From contig CAWDSK010000004.1 in NCBI GenBank assembly GCA_963804995.1, positions 128,001 through 192,000 of the forward strand: 64,000 nucleotides of DNA, read 5' to 3'. This stretch comes from an uncultured Acidobacteriota bacterium (GTDB taxonomy: Bacteria > Acidobacteriota > Terriglobia > UBA7540). The notes beneath the pieces are model-generated. The model made no database searches and was not told the origin of the DNA. It was given only the letters and a program-made list of their open reading frames with translations. Each line of letters opens with the position of its first letter. Position 1 is the first letter of the stretch. The translations under genes and the position numbers were made by a program. Of the stretch, positions 51,996 through 61,748 are shown piece by piece.

Positions 51996-53759
51996 TCATT
52001 TCGCGCCTTTCTCCCGCAGCAACCACACTACCTCCGTGTGGCGGTGGGAGGTCGCCAAGTCCAGCGCCGTTTTGCCGTCCTTGTCCTTTGCCTCAATGTT
52101 GGCGCCTCTGTCCAACAGCAGCTTCACCACCGAGGCTTTGTTTAAGAGGGCCGCGGAGACCAGTGCCGTGCGTCCGTAACTATCCTTTGCCTCAATGTTG
52201 GCGCCCTTATCGAGCAGCAGATTCACCATGTCGGTATTGCCCCAGGTGGCCGCATGAATCAGCGGAGTATACCCGTCGCGCCTAACATCGCCTACTCCGG
52301 CTGCATACAGCGGTGCTCTGCGGCCTTCCAAGGCGTATTCCTTGGCCTCGGTATTGGCGCCGTGTTCCAGCAGCAGCTTTGCGATCTCGGTGTCGTCGGC
52401 GCTGGCCGCCTGGAGCAGCGGCGTCCCGCCGGCATTGTCCTTTGTCTCAATGTTGGCACCTCTGTCCAGGAGCAGCTTCACTATCCAGGCCTTTTTTGAG
52501 AGGACCGCCTGGAGGAGCGCCGTGCGGCCGGCATTCTCCCTGGCCTCGATATTGGCGCCTTTATCGAGCAGCAGATTCACCATGTCGCTATCGCCCATGG
52601 TGGCCGCCCAAATTAGCGCAGTATATCCGCCGAGGCTAATCGCGTCGGCGACTACACGGCGCTGTGGTCCGCGGCTTTCCAAGGTGTAGTCCTTTGCCTC
52701 AATGTTGGCACCTTTGTCCAGGAGCAGCTTCACCATCTCGGTATTACCGCCCTTGGCCGCCGTGAGCAGCAGCGTCCAGCCGCCTGCGTCCCTGGACTCG
52801 ATGTCGGCGCCCTTTTCCAACAGCAGCTTTAGCACCTCGATGTCCGGCGCCCGGTACAGCAGCGGGTACGGAGATTTGTCCTTGACCTTGGCATTGGCAC
52901 CTCTTCCCAACAGCAGCTCCATCATCTCGGCCTTATCGGAATCGGAATGTCCACTCTCCGCCACCGAGAGCAGCGGGGTGCGGCCATAGTTGTCCTTTGC
53001 CTCGATGTTGGCTCCTTTGTCCAACAGCAGCTTCACAATCCCCGCATTGGCCGCCATATGCAGCGGCGTGGAGCCTTCGTAGTCCTTGGCCTGGATGTTG
53101 GCGCCCTCTTGCAGAAGGTTGTAAACCGCAGCGGTATCACCTGTCCTTGCGGCCTTGAACAATTCGGCATCCAGGGTGCTAGAACGGTTTTGGCCTGCCC
53201 CCAGATGACTCAACGACAAAAGCGCGAGAGGGAGACTTTTTGCTGCCAGGACTTTCTTCATCGCTTCCTCCTCCCCTGCACTCGGGGACAGCAGCCATGG
53301 CATATCTACACGCTCGGCGGCGCGCAGCGCTTTAAGAAATGCTTCGCTCGCGCCTGCGGCCTTGAGGCTTTGGAGAAAGTCCTCCGCCGGAGCGAAATCA
53401 ATTCCGCGCTGCTCGATCAGCTTGGCGCCCGAATCATCGCCCAACCCGTCCCGCACCAGGCCTTCGACCTGCTCCCGCGTAAAGGGCTTTGCCGGGTTGC
53501 CGTCGAGGCCGGGACTGGTTCCGGCTGTCGTAGCGCTGACCTTGAGGTCAGCACGGAATGGTGCCACGGGCATCCTGCCCGTGCTCGGGCATGGCCAGGA
53601 TGGCCATGGCACATCCAAATGGCGAGGTAAACTCGCCGCTACATATGCATGTGCCGACCTCAAGGTCGGCGCTACAAACTTCGGGTGCGCCCGTAGGGGC
53701 AGCGTCAGAATCAGGGGTAGGACGAGGATAAGCAGGAATAGTCGGGGCCGCATCGGCAC
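51996..53759 (-). CDS. Secreted ankyrin-repeat protein
   Basis: About 10 repeats of G.TPL..AA..G...VKLLL.GANIEAKD; signal peptide. Confidence 0.92.
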   Translation of the reverse strand: MPMRPRLFLLILVLPLILTLPLRAHPKFVAPTLRSAHAYVAASLPRHLDVPWPSWPCPSTGRMPVAPFRADLKVSATTAGTSPGLDGNPAKPFTREQVEGLVRDGLGDDSGAKLIEQRGIDFAPAEDFLQSLKAAGASEAFLKALRAAERVDMPWLLSPSAGEEEAMKKVLAAKSLPLALLSLSHLGAGQNRSSTLDAELFKAARTGDTAAVYNLLQEGANIQAKDYEGSTPLHMAANAGIVKLLLDKGANIEAKDNYGRTPLLSVAESGHSDSDKAEMMELLLGRGANAKVKDKSPYPLLYRAPDIEVLKLLLEKGADIESRDAGGWTLLLTAAKGGNTEMVKLLLDKGANIEAKDYTLESRGPQRRVVADAISLGGYTALIWAATMGDSDMVNLLLDKGANIEARENAGRTALLQAVLSKKAWIVKLLLDRGANIETKDNAGGTPLLQAASADDTEIAKLLLEHGANTEAKEYALEGRRAPLYAAGVGDVRRDGYTPLIHAATWGNTDMVNLLLDKGANIEAKDSYGRTALVSAALLNKASVVKLLLDRGANIEAKDKDGKTALDLATSHRHTEVVWLLREKGAK

Positions 53760-54014
53760 CTCCCGAAAGCGGGGATCGAACGAGGCGGGGCCATTCTACC
53801 ACGGGAAACATACCGGGCGCGCTGACACGAGGTGTAGGTGCGCGAAGGGTACACCTTAGGTGTTGCGCAGGTCCGTTGGGATCGGCTAAGTGACCCCCTC
53901 ACCCGGCCCGCCCCGGCTGATGAAAACGCAGGCTTCGGTCCACCCTCTCCCCCAAGGGGGCGAGCCCCGTATCCTATCTCTTAAGGAAACGCCTCGGTAG
54001 AGCGAGAGATCCGC

Positions 54015-56093
54015 TTACTCATTTCCGGCCTTAAGAGGAGACCGTTGCGCCTCTGAAACCAGACGCGCGCTGAGTTGATCAAGCTCGTGGAGATCCTCGG
54101 CCGAAAGCTCTTGCGGGCCAAAGGTAAGGTAATAATAATCGATTGCGAGGCGCCGGCTGAGTTTGAGGAACTCGGCTGAAACCTTCTCCGGCAGAATGCC
54201 ATCCAGGTGTTCGATAAGGCCTTGCGAAGGTGGTCGGCTGAAGCCCACTTTCTCCCAGGAGCGGTCAAGAGCTTCCCGGAGGTGCTGTAACTGCGCCTGG
54301 ACTTCAAACGCTCTCGCTGGTTGGTGGTGCAAAATAGCTTGCGCGGGCCGGCCCCGCTTTTTCCGCAGCCAGTAAAGCCCCGCCCCCAGTCCCACCAACA
54401 GTGTGAGCAGGACAAGCCCGGCACGGAACGCGATCTTTGTGGCGCGCCAAAGGGTCTTTGCCACCTCGCGCCAATCACTCTGCTCGAGGAAAACCCAGGT
54501 CTCCGTTACGGAGGCGGCAAGCCACTCACCGTACTCCGAAAGTCGGCTACTTGAGCTTGCCGCGCGCCGAGCCTCGAACTCAGCCTCCGGCGTGGGATCA
54601 GCTTCGACCCACCCCTTCCCTTTGAGCAGGACCTCCACCCAGGCATGCGCATCGGCATCCCGCACCACGTAATACTCGCCGAGTTGGTTAAACTCCTGAA
54701 CGTTGTAGCCGGTTACGTAACGGGCCGGGACGCCCTCAAGACGCAGCAGGAGCACGGCTGCGGTGGCGAAATACTGGCAGTAGCCGCGTTTCTTCTCAAA
54801 GAAAAATTCGGTAACCGGCTCGCGCGTCCGGAATTTCCCCACTTCGAGCGAGTACTTCGCCGCATGTTTTACGTAGTCGACAGTTTTCGAAATGCGCTCT
54901 TCCACAGACGGCGGATTCACGGCGAGTTGCGACGCCAGCGCCGCCCAGCGGGGGTCGAGGTCCGCAGGCACAGCCAGGAAACTCTTCTCCTGAACTTGCC
55001 GGTCCGCCTCGGTGTCTTCTGCGCCCGGCAGGTTCACCACTCCATAAATAGACACCTGGGATGTAAGAGAAGGGATGATATTGTCATAGGCATCGTCCCG
55101 CAGGCTGGGCAGCGGCAGGCGCACCATCAGCTTGTTTCCCGGTGTGGCAAGCACGCCGGGGTTGGCGACGCTTTGGACGATTCGGGTCTGCGTAGCGGCC
55201 GCAGAAAATCGGGCCTCAGCCTGCGGGAAGAGAAAGGCATTCCCCGGAACATCCTCAAGCCATGGCCCTCGGGAGCCCTCCGGCACCACCGGCAGGGAGG
55301 TCCCCGCCGTAACGGTCGCCTGCCAGGTGTGTCCGTCGAAATGGACAAAGACGCGGGCGCGCAGCTTCTGGGCGCGCGTGGTCCACACCCGCAGGACGAC
55401 GCGTTGCGAAAGCTGCAGGCGCTCAAGGTCGCCGAGTTGCGACTGAACCCCGAACGGATTCGCGCTGTTCGTCTCCCCGCTCAACCACCTTATGGTGGCG
55501 GCCTCAACCTTCTGCTGCAACCGCGGCAAGCTGACGCAGATCGTGACGGCCACCAGAGCACTGGCCAACGCGGTGAGCACAAGGCGCATCGAGACCATTC
55601 GCCCCCAGCGCTCGCGTTTTGTCAGCAGCAGATATACGAATCCCGCCGCTCCGGGCGTGGCGAGTAATGGGGTGATGACCGCCGTCGAGTTGAAGCAGGC
55701 CACCACCGCCAGGCCGGTCGCCGCCGGAATGACCATCTCTCCGGGACTCCACAAGGATGTTCCGAGCAGGAACACTCCTGCCAGCAAACCCAGGCCATAA
55801 CCTGAGATCAAGGTGAGCCACTTGGTGGTCCGGTCAGAAAAGAGCGGCGCGTAGGCCATCAGGACAAGTCCGAGCGTCAAGGTTGATGCCAACAGCGGCC
55901 AGGCCGCGTAGCGCGCTGACTTGACGAGCCAGCTTGGCAGCCGCTTGAACTGCCAGAAGGGCGAAACGATGGCGGGGATCCAGTAAACCCAGGCGGCGGG
56001 TTGGTTAAAGGCCGAGCCAAAAGCTGCCACGGCTGCGCAGGTGAAGATAACCAGTACGAGTTGTTCGCCGCGGGGAGTAGCTCGCACGCTCAT
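54015..56093 (-). CDS. Membrane transglutaminase-like protein (TgpA/DUF3488 type)
   Basis: GYCQYFA, ARYVTGY, AHAWVEV, W..ADPTP; N-terminal TMs. Confidence 0.9.
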   Translation of the reverse strand: MSVRATPRGEQLVLVIFTCAAVAAFGSAFNQPAAWVYWIPAIVSPFWQFKRLPSWLVKSARYAAWPLLASTLTLGLVLMAYAPLFSDRTTKWLTLISGYGLGLLAGVFLLGTSLWSPGEMVIPAATGLAVVACFNSTAVITPLLATPGAAGFVYLLLTKRERWGRMVSMRLVLTALASALVAVTICVSLPRLQQKVEAATIRWLSGETNSANPFGVQSQLGDLERLQLSQRVVLRVWTTRAQKLRARVFVHFDGHTWQATVTAGTSLPVVPEGSRGPWLEDVPGNAFLFPQAEARFSAAATQTRIVQSVANPGVLATPGNKLMVRLPLPSLRDDAYDNIIPSLTSQVSIYGVVNLPGAEDTEADRQVQEKSFLAVPADLDPRWAALASQLAVNPPSVEERISKTVDYVKHAAKYSLEVGKFRTREPVTEFFFEKKRGYCQYFATAAVLLLRLEGVPARYVTGYNVQEFNQLGEYYVVRDADAHAWVEVLLKGKGWVEADPTPEAEFEARRAASSSSRLSEYGEWLAASVTETWVFLEQSDWREVAKTLWRATKIAFRAGLVLLTLLVGLGAGLYWLRKKRGRPAQAILHHQPARAFEVQAQLQHLREALDRSWEKVGFSRPPSQGLIEHLDGILPEKVSAEFLKLSRRLAIDYYYLTFGPQELSAEDLHELDQLSARLVSEAQRSPLKAGNE

Positions 56094-57355
56094 TTACGCT
56101 TCCCGGGGGAGGCCAGAAGATCTTCGACATCTTTTGGGGTGAGCTGGCTGATCTCACCCAAATCCGCACTGACCCGCTGCCAGGGCAGTTCGGTGGGCCC
56201 TTCGTGGACGATAATGGACCGCACTGCGGTGCCCTGATCCTTAACGCGGCGCAGGAAGTTTTCGCGCCCGGCATCCCAATCCTGCAACACCGCCACCACC
56301 GAGGTTATCTGGGCGAGTTTTTCAAACAGGTGCGGACCGATGGTCTGGAAGGGTTCGGAGTAGCACGGTTCGATACACGCCAGCACATCCAGGATGTTTT
56401 CAAGATAGGCCAGGCTGCGGCCGGCACTCACTTCATACACATCGGGGCCCGCCGCCAGAATATCCACAATGTATTCGCTGCGGGAGAAGAAATCCGCAAT
56501 GGAAGCAAGCACAGAGATTCCCGCCTCGAAAGCCTTCTCTTCGCGTGGGCCGTGATGCCAGGGCAGGAACGTATCAAGAACCAGCGCGATGCGGCAAAAG
56601 TACTCCTCTTGATACTCCTTAACGACCGGCTCCCCGCGGCGCGCCCAGGAACGCCAGTGGATATTCTTTACCGGGTCGCCCTCACGATATTCGCGCGTGC
56701 CCACGAATTCGATGGCGTCCCCGTTGCTCGACGACAGCGGGATACCTCCCGGCTGATAGCGGCGGCCCAGCGGAATGTTGAATTCCTCCAGCGTATAGAA
56801 GCGGGGGTACGCGAACACCACCTGATCCGGCAACGCTCTGGCTCGGGTAGCCGCCAGTCGCAGGGGATCGGTTGACCTCAGCGCCGGCCCGCGCAATGTG
56901 TAGCGCCCGCGCCGGGAGATTTCGACCTCAACCTGCGCTTGGGCCGTTCCGCCAGGATCGAGATCGAAGTAGCTGGCCCGGGGTGTGAAACGCACGCTAC
57001 TCCCCCAGTGGCGCGGTTGGGGCAGGCTGAATTGGAGGTCGCTCCTTCCCCGCCCGTTGGTCGCGATGCGAGCGCGAACCATCACGGGCATGAGCGCCGT
57101 GAGGCGGGTAGGTAACTGGCAATCGATCTGGAGCTTGGGGGCGGGAAGAAATGCGAAGAAGAAAGCCACCAGCAAGATCCCTGCGGAGGCCGAAAACAGC
57201 ACAAAAACCTGGGTGCGCCGTGTGTCAAGGCCCAGCACCGCCAGTACCACGACGAACCAGAACAGGTACCGGCCGCGCGGGGTCAGACGTTCGCGGTATT
57301 GTTCGACGAACGTCCTGAGGACGGGGATTTCATTCAGCGAACGCGCCATGCTCAC
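56090..57355 (-). CDS. DUF58 domain protein
   Basis: EFVGTREYREGD...IHWRSWAR...VKEY. Confidence 0.92.
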   Translation of the reverse strand: MSMARSLNEIPVLRTFVEQYRERLTPRGRYLFWFVVVLAVLGLDTRRTQVFVLFSASAGILLVAFFFAFLPAPKLQIDCQLPTRLTALMPVMVRARIATNGRGRSDLQFSLPQPRHWGSSVRFTPRASYFDLDPGGTAQAQVEVEISRRGRYTLRGPALRSTDPLRLAATRARALPDQVVFAYPRFYTLEEFNIPLGRRYQPGGIPLSSSNGDAIEFVGTREYREGDPVKNIHWRSWARRGEPVVKEYQEEYFCRIALVLDTFLPWHHGPREEKAFEAGISVLASIADFFSRSEYIVDILAAGPDVYEVSAGRSLAYLENILDVLACIEPCYSEPFQTIGPHLFEKLAQITSVVAVLQDWDAGRENFLRRVKDQGTAVRSIIVHEGPTELPWQRVSADLGEISQLTPKDVEDLLASPGKRK

Positions 57356-58299
57356 ACCGTAATGGGAACCTTGCCCAGGATTTCCCGAACCACATCTTCC
57401 TTGGCAACGCCGCTGTACTTGGCCTTGGTATCAAGGGCCAGGCGGTGCGCCAGGGTACAGACGGCAACGGCTTTCACGTCTTCGGGAATCGCATAGTCGC
57501 GCCGCGAAAGGAAGGCGTGGGCCTGGGCCGTACGGAACAACAGCAGCGTTCCGCGGGGCGAGCAGCCCATCCGCAGGTAGCCGTGGTGGCGAGTGGCGTC
57601 GGCCAAATCGACAATGTAGTGCGCAATGCGCTGATCCACTTTGACGGCGCGAACCGCCGTCTGCAGCTCGCAGATCACCGCGCCATCGAGCACCGGGGTG
57701 ACATCGTCGAGCGGGTGATGGTGGAATTGGCTGTAGAGAACGTCCACCTCCTGTTCCCTCGCCGGGTAACCAAGATTGAACTTCATGCCAAAACGATCCA
57801 GTTGCGCCTCGGGCAGCGGGTAGGTGCCATGAAACTCAATGGGATTTTGGGTGGCGATGACCAGAAACGGCGTGGGGAGCGGATAGGTCTTCCCTTCAAT
57901 CGAGGCCTGGCGCTCGCTCATCGCCTCCAGCAGACTGGATTGAGTTCGCGGCGAAGCGCGATTGATTTCGTCAGCCAGCAGGATATTCGTAAAGATCGGA
58001 CCCTCTTTAAAAGTAAAGGCGCCGTCGCGTGGGTTGTATACGGAAGACCCCAGGATGTCAGTGGGAAGCAGGTCAGGAGTAAACTGCACGCGCTTGAAAT
58101 CCGCGGCAAGCGACCTGGCGAGAGCCTTGGCCAGCGTGGTCTTGCCCACTCCGGGGACATCCTCCATCAGGATGTGGCCGCCACTCAAAAGGGCGATAAC
58201 CAGGTTCTCAATCACTTCACTCTTGCCGAGAATGACGCGCCCGAGCTGTTCCTGAAGTTTCTGGAGAGTCGCAGCGTGACGATCGTTAAGTTCAGCCAT
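57352..58299 (-). CDS. moxR: MoxR-family AAA+ ATPase
   Basis: EDVPGVGKT, RVQFTPDLLP, ADEINRA, ATQNP, LPEAQLDRF. Confidence 0.95.
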   Translation of the reverse strand: MAELNDRHAATLQKLQEQLGRVILGKSEVIENLVIALLSGGHILMEDVPGVGKTTLAKALARSLAADFKRVQFTPDLLPTDILGSSVYNPRDGAFTFKEGPIFTNILLADEINRASPRTQSSLLEAMSERQASIEGKTYPLPTPFLVIATQNPIEFHGTYPLPEAQLDRFGMKFNLGYPAREQEVDVLYSQFHHHPLDDVTPVLDGAVICELQTAVRAVKVDQRIAHYIVDLADATRHHGYLRMGCSPRGTLLLFRTAQAHAFLSRRDYAIPEDVKAVAVCTLAHRLALDTKAKYSGVAKEDVVREILGKVPITV

Positions 58300-58661
58300 G
58301 GTTGGGGAGCCCGCAGGTCGAAGCAAGTTGAAAAAATTGTGACCGTTGCGATTATATACGATCCCCAATCGAAATCTAGACCCGCAAGGGCAGGTGGTGC
58401 GCATCGTGGCCGCACCGAAGACACCTTGCGGGGGGCTGGGCTGCCAGCTCGCCTCTCGCTCGCTGCCTACCGCCTGCTGCCTTCTGCCTACTGCTCTGCT
58501 CTCCCCTGTATTTTTTTCACATCTAAATGCCTTTCCATGAGAAATTTACCTTTACACGGCGCGATGGTCTGGAGCAAGTGCTGGACAGGCAATTGGATAG
58601 CGATTGGCGAGCAGCTTGCTCTATTCCACGGGATCTAAGGATTCCATCGGAGGTTAGAAAC

Positions 58662-59420
58662 ATGTACAAAAGAGCAACCATTTGCCTGACCATGGTATTC
58701 GCACTGGCTCTTCCTGCGCTTGCGGATTCAACTCGTGAAGACAACGTACGGCGCATCCAGGATTCCGCCCAGATCTTTGAGGAAATCATGGGCGCCCCGG
58801 ACAAATCCATTCCGCAGGATTTGCTGCAATCCGCCGAGTGCCTGGCGATCATTCCCGGCGAAATGAAGTTCGCCTTTATCGTGGGTGGGAACTACGGGAA
58901 GGGGGTTGTCACTTGCCGCACCGATAAGGGTTGGAGCGCCCCCGTGTTCCTGTCAGTGGGGGGCGGCAGTGTGGGATTTCAAATCGGTGGGTCCTCAACC
59001 GATCTGGTCCTGGTTTTCCGCGGACGAAAAGGGCTCCAGAAGCTTCTGAGTGATAAATTCCAGATTGGCGGTGATGCCACGGCCGCTGCCGGACCGGTGG
59101 GAAGGCATGCCGCCGCGGAAACGGATATCAAGATGCGCGCCGAAATCCTCACCTACTCACGCAGCCGGGGAGTGTTTGCCGGCATCAGCCTGAATGGAGC
59201 CGTCGTACAGCCGGATGAAAAGGGGAACGTTGCTATGTACGGCCGGCAAACCGATAAGGAAGACATTCTCAATGGCAAGGTCGCTGTCCCGGAGGAGGCC
59301 ACCGTGCTGGTCAAGGCCCTCAACCAAGGAACTCACAAGTCGGCTCCCCCTAGTGCACCACCGCCGACCGGTGCACCACCACCGACCGGTGCACCCCCTG
59401 CCGGTGCGAAACCGCTCTGA
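58662..59420 (+). CDS. SYLF/YSC84 lipid-binding domain protein
   Basis: GWSAP, GFQIGG..TDLVL, AAAGPVGR, YSRSRGVFAGISL. Confidence 0.9.
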   Translation: MYKRATICLTMVFALALPALADSTREDNVRRIQDSAQIFEEIMGAPDKSIPQDLLQSAECLAIIPGEMKFAFIVGGNYGKGVVTCRTDKGWSAPVFLSVGGGSVGFQIGGSSTDLVLVFRGRKGLQKLLSDKFQIGGDATAAAGPVGRHAAAETDIKMRAEILTYSRSRGVFAGISLNGAVVQPDEKGNVAMYGRQTDKEDILNGKVAVPEEATVLVKALNQGTHKSAPPSAPPPTGAPPPTGAPPAGAKPL

Positions 59421-59670
59421 GAAATAACAAACCTGCCGCTCGTTGATGCAGCAATCGTAGCGCAGACCTCCGCCGTTGAGGTCTGCGGCTCTTCCCGTGC
59501 CATTTGAGTGAATGTATCGTGGCAAAGGCTCCGCCCGGGTTGGGGGTTTGTGTGTTTGGCGAACGAATAATCGCGGACCCCCCGAAGGGGGAACTGGACT
59601 ACGCAAAAGGTCCGCGGCTTTTCATACCCACCCGGGCTCGCCCGCCCTCAGTATATTCTGCGGCGGAAGA

Positions 59671-60330
59671 TTACTTCGGTTGGGGAACAATCCGAAGATA
59701 GGGTCTGGGCGCTTTCCAGCCCCCAGGGTACTGCTCTTTCGCTTCCGCGTCTGATACCGCCCCGGAGATGATTACATCCCCGCCTGGCTTCCAATTCACA
59801 GGCGTGGAAACCTTGTATTTGGTGGTGAGCTGGATGGAATCGAGCACGCGCAGCACTTCGTCAAAGTTGCGTCCCGTGCTCATCGGGTAGCTGAGCATCA
59901 GCTTAATTTTCTTGTCCGGGCCGATCACGAAGACCGTGCGCACGGTGGCATTAGTCGCGGCCGTACGGCCCTCGGAAGTGTCTCCGGCGTCGGCCGGCAA
60001 CATGTCATAGAGCTTGGCGACTTTAAGCTGCGGGTCGCCGATCAGAGGATACTTCACCTTGTGACCCTGCGTTTCTTCGATGTCCGTTGACCATTTGCTG
60101 TGACTGCTCACCGGGTCAACGCTCAGCCCGATGATCTTGCAATTGCGTTTTGCAAAGTCCGGCTCCAGACCCGCCATGTAGCCGAGTTCCGTGGTGCATA
60201 CGGGAGTGAAATCTTTAGGATGGGAAAACAGGATGGCCCAGCCATCACCGATCCATTCATGGAACTTGATGGTTCCCTGGGTGGTTTCAGCGACGAAGTC
60301 CGGGGCCGTGTCATTGATGCGTAGTGACAT
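59671..60330 (-). CDS. 1-Cys peroxiredoxin (Prx6 type)
   Basis: FSHPKDFTPVCTTE, GRNFDEVLR. Confidence 0.95.
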   Translation of the reverse strand: MSLRINDTAPDFVAETTQGTIKFHEWIGDGWAILFSHPKDFTPVCTTELGYMAGLEPDFAKRNCKIIGLSVDPVSSHSKWSTDIEETQGHKVKYPLIGDPQLKVAKLYDMLPADAGDTSEGRTAATNATVRTVFVIGPDKKIKLMLSYPMSTGRNFDEVLRVLDSIQLTTKYKVSTPVNWKPGGDVIISGAVSDAEAKEQYPGGWKAPRPYLRIVPQPK

Positions 60331-60800
60331 GGTGCGCTCCTTGCGTGGGATTTAATTGTTGAAAATAGCCCGAAAAATCATAGTAGCTATGGCCGTTCTT
60401 TCCTGTCAACCCGATTTTCCGGTTCCGAATCTTCGATTGAACCTTCCCTCTTCACCGCAAAGCCGGGGTAGCACAATTAGCTGCCAGCAGTTCCTACTCT
60501 GCCATGTGAGCGAATGTACGAAATAGGGGTAGCGCAGACCTCCGCCTTTGAGGTCTGCGGTTCTTCCCGTGCTAATTATGTGTGTGTATCGTAGCAAGGA
60601 CCCCGCCCATCTTGGAGATCTGTGAGTTCTGCAAATGAAGAACTGCCGGAAGGTTTGAAGGACTCACCGCTGAGGCGCTGAGACGTAGAGAAGAGGCCTT
60701 TGCTTTTCAAATCTCTGCGCCTCCGCGCCTCTGCGGTGAGAAGCATCTTCCTACGTCGTTTGAGAAAATGTATACAAGCTAAGAAGCAACCGCGCGCAGC

Positions 60801-61472
60801 TCAGTAAACGTAAGGCAGCAGCCGCCATGTGTGGCGGCGGTAGGATTCGAAATCGGCGCCGAAGTGCTCAGCGAGCAGGCGTTCTTCCTGGCCGATGCGC
60901 AGCAGCACAAAGGTCAGGTTCCAAGCCAATGCCACAAACACCAGCCAACTACGAAAAACCAATCCCATCCCCGTCATGGCGACCACTGCGCCCAGGTACA
61001 TGGGATGCCGCACGCGCGAGTAAAGCCCCGCCTGCACAAGCTGGTGTTGGTCCTGCACGGTGACGTATCCGCTGAACTGCTTGCCCAGCGACCAGAACCC
61101 TGCCAGTCGGATCACTGAACCTGCCAGGCAGAGGGCGAACCCCGCCCACCGCAGGGCGGCCCCGTCCGCGAAGGTCAGGAGGCCGCGCCGGTCGGCAAAG
61201 GGAAAAAAGAGCAGGAAAAAGAAGCCGCTCACCATATAGACGCGCAGCAGGCCGCAACCCACCACCTGCGACCCCTTACCGAACGGCTGGGCGCTCAGGC
61301 GGGGAACGAATATGGCCAGCGAGCCGAGCACCACGAGGGCTACATACCCCGTGCGCGCCGGGTCACGAAAGAACCCACCCACATCGTCAATGCCCCAGCC
61401 CAGTAAGAGCGGGAGGATGGTAATCCCCAAATAAAAGACATACCGCCAAAGCAGCTTTACAAACTTCATCAT
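60801..61472 (-). CDS. Isoprenylcysteine carboxylmethyltransferase family protein
   Basis: HQLVQAGLYSRVRHPMY, RIGQEERLL..FG. Confidence 0.88.
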   Translation of the reverse strand: MMKFVKLLWRYVFYLGITILPLLLGWGIDDVGGFFRDPARTGYVALVVLGSLAIFVPRLSAQPFGKGSQVVGCGLLRVYMVSGFFFLLFFPFADRRGLLTFADGAALRWAGFALCLAGSVIRLAGFWSLGKQFSGYVTVQDQHQLVQAGLYSRVRHPMYLGAVVAMTGMGLVFRSWLVFVALAWNLTFVLLRIGQEERLLAEHFGADFESYRRHTWRLLPYVY

Positions 61473-61748
61473 CACCTCGCGGCGCACCGGTTATCACGCC
61501 CGCCGAGGACTATACTTCCTTAGCGCCAGGCAAGCAATCGCCAGATCGGGTCGAGCAAACCTAGCGCCCCGATACATCGGGGCGGTTCTTCGTGTGCCAT
61601 GTGAGCGAATGTAGCCGCCCGCGTTTGGGGGTCTGTGGGTTTTGCTCACGAAGAACCGCGGACCCCAAAACCGGGGGACCGCGGCACTACAAGACATGCC
61701 CGCGCCACGTTCGCTGCGAACGATGCCGAGGCTGCAAACGTCGTAGCG

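Noticed and set aside
57445..58638. 397-aa plus-strand ORF (likewise 54645..55667 and 43605..44591)
   Set aside because: Antisense to well-supported genes.
59352..59410. 18-bp tandem repeats at the end of the SYLF gene
   Set aside because: They encode a PPPTGA low-complexity tail; an ordinary coding repeat.
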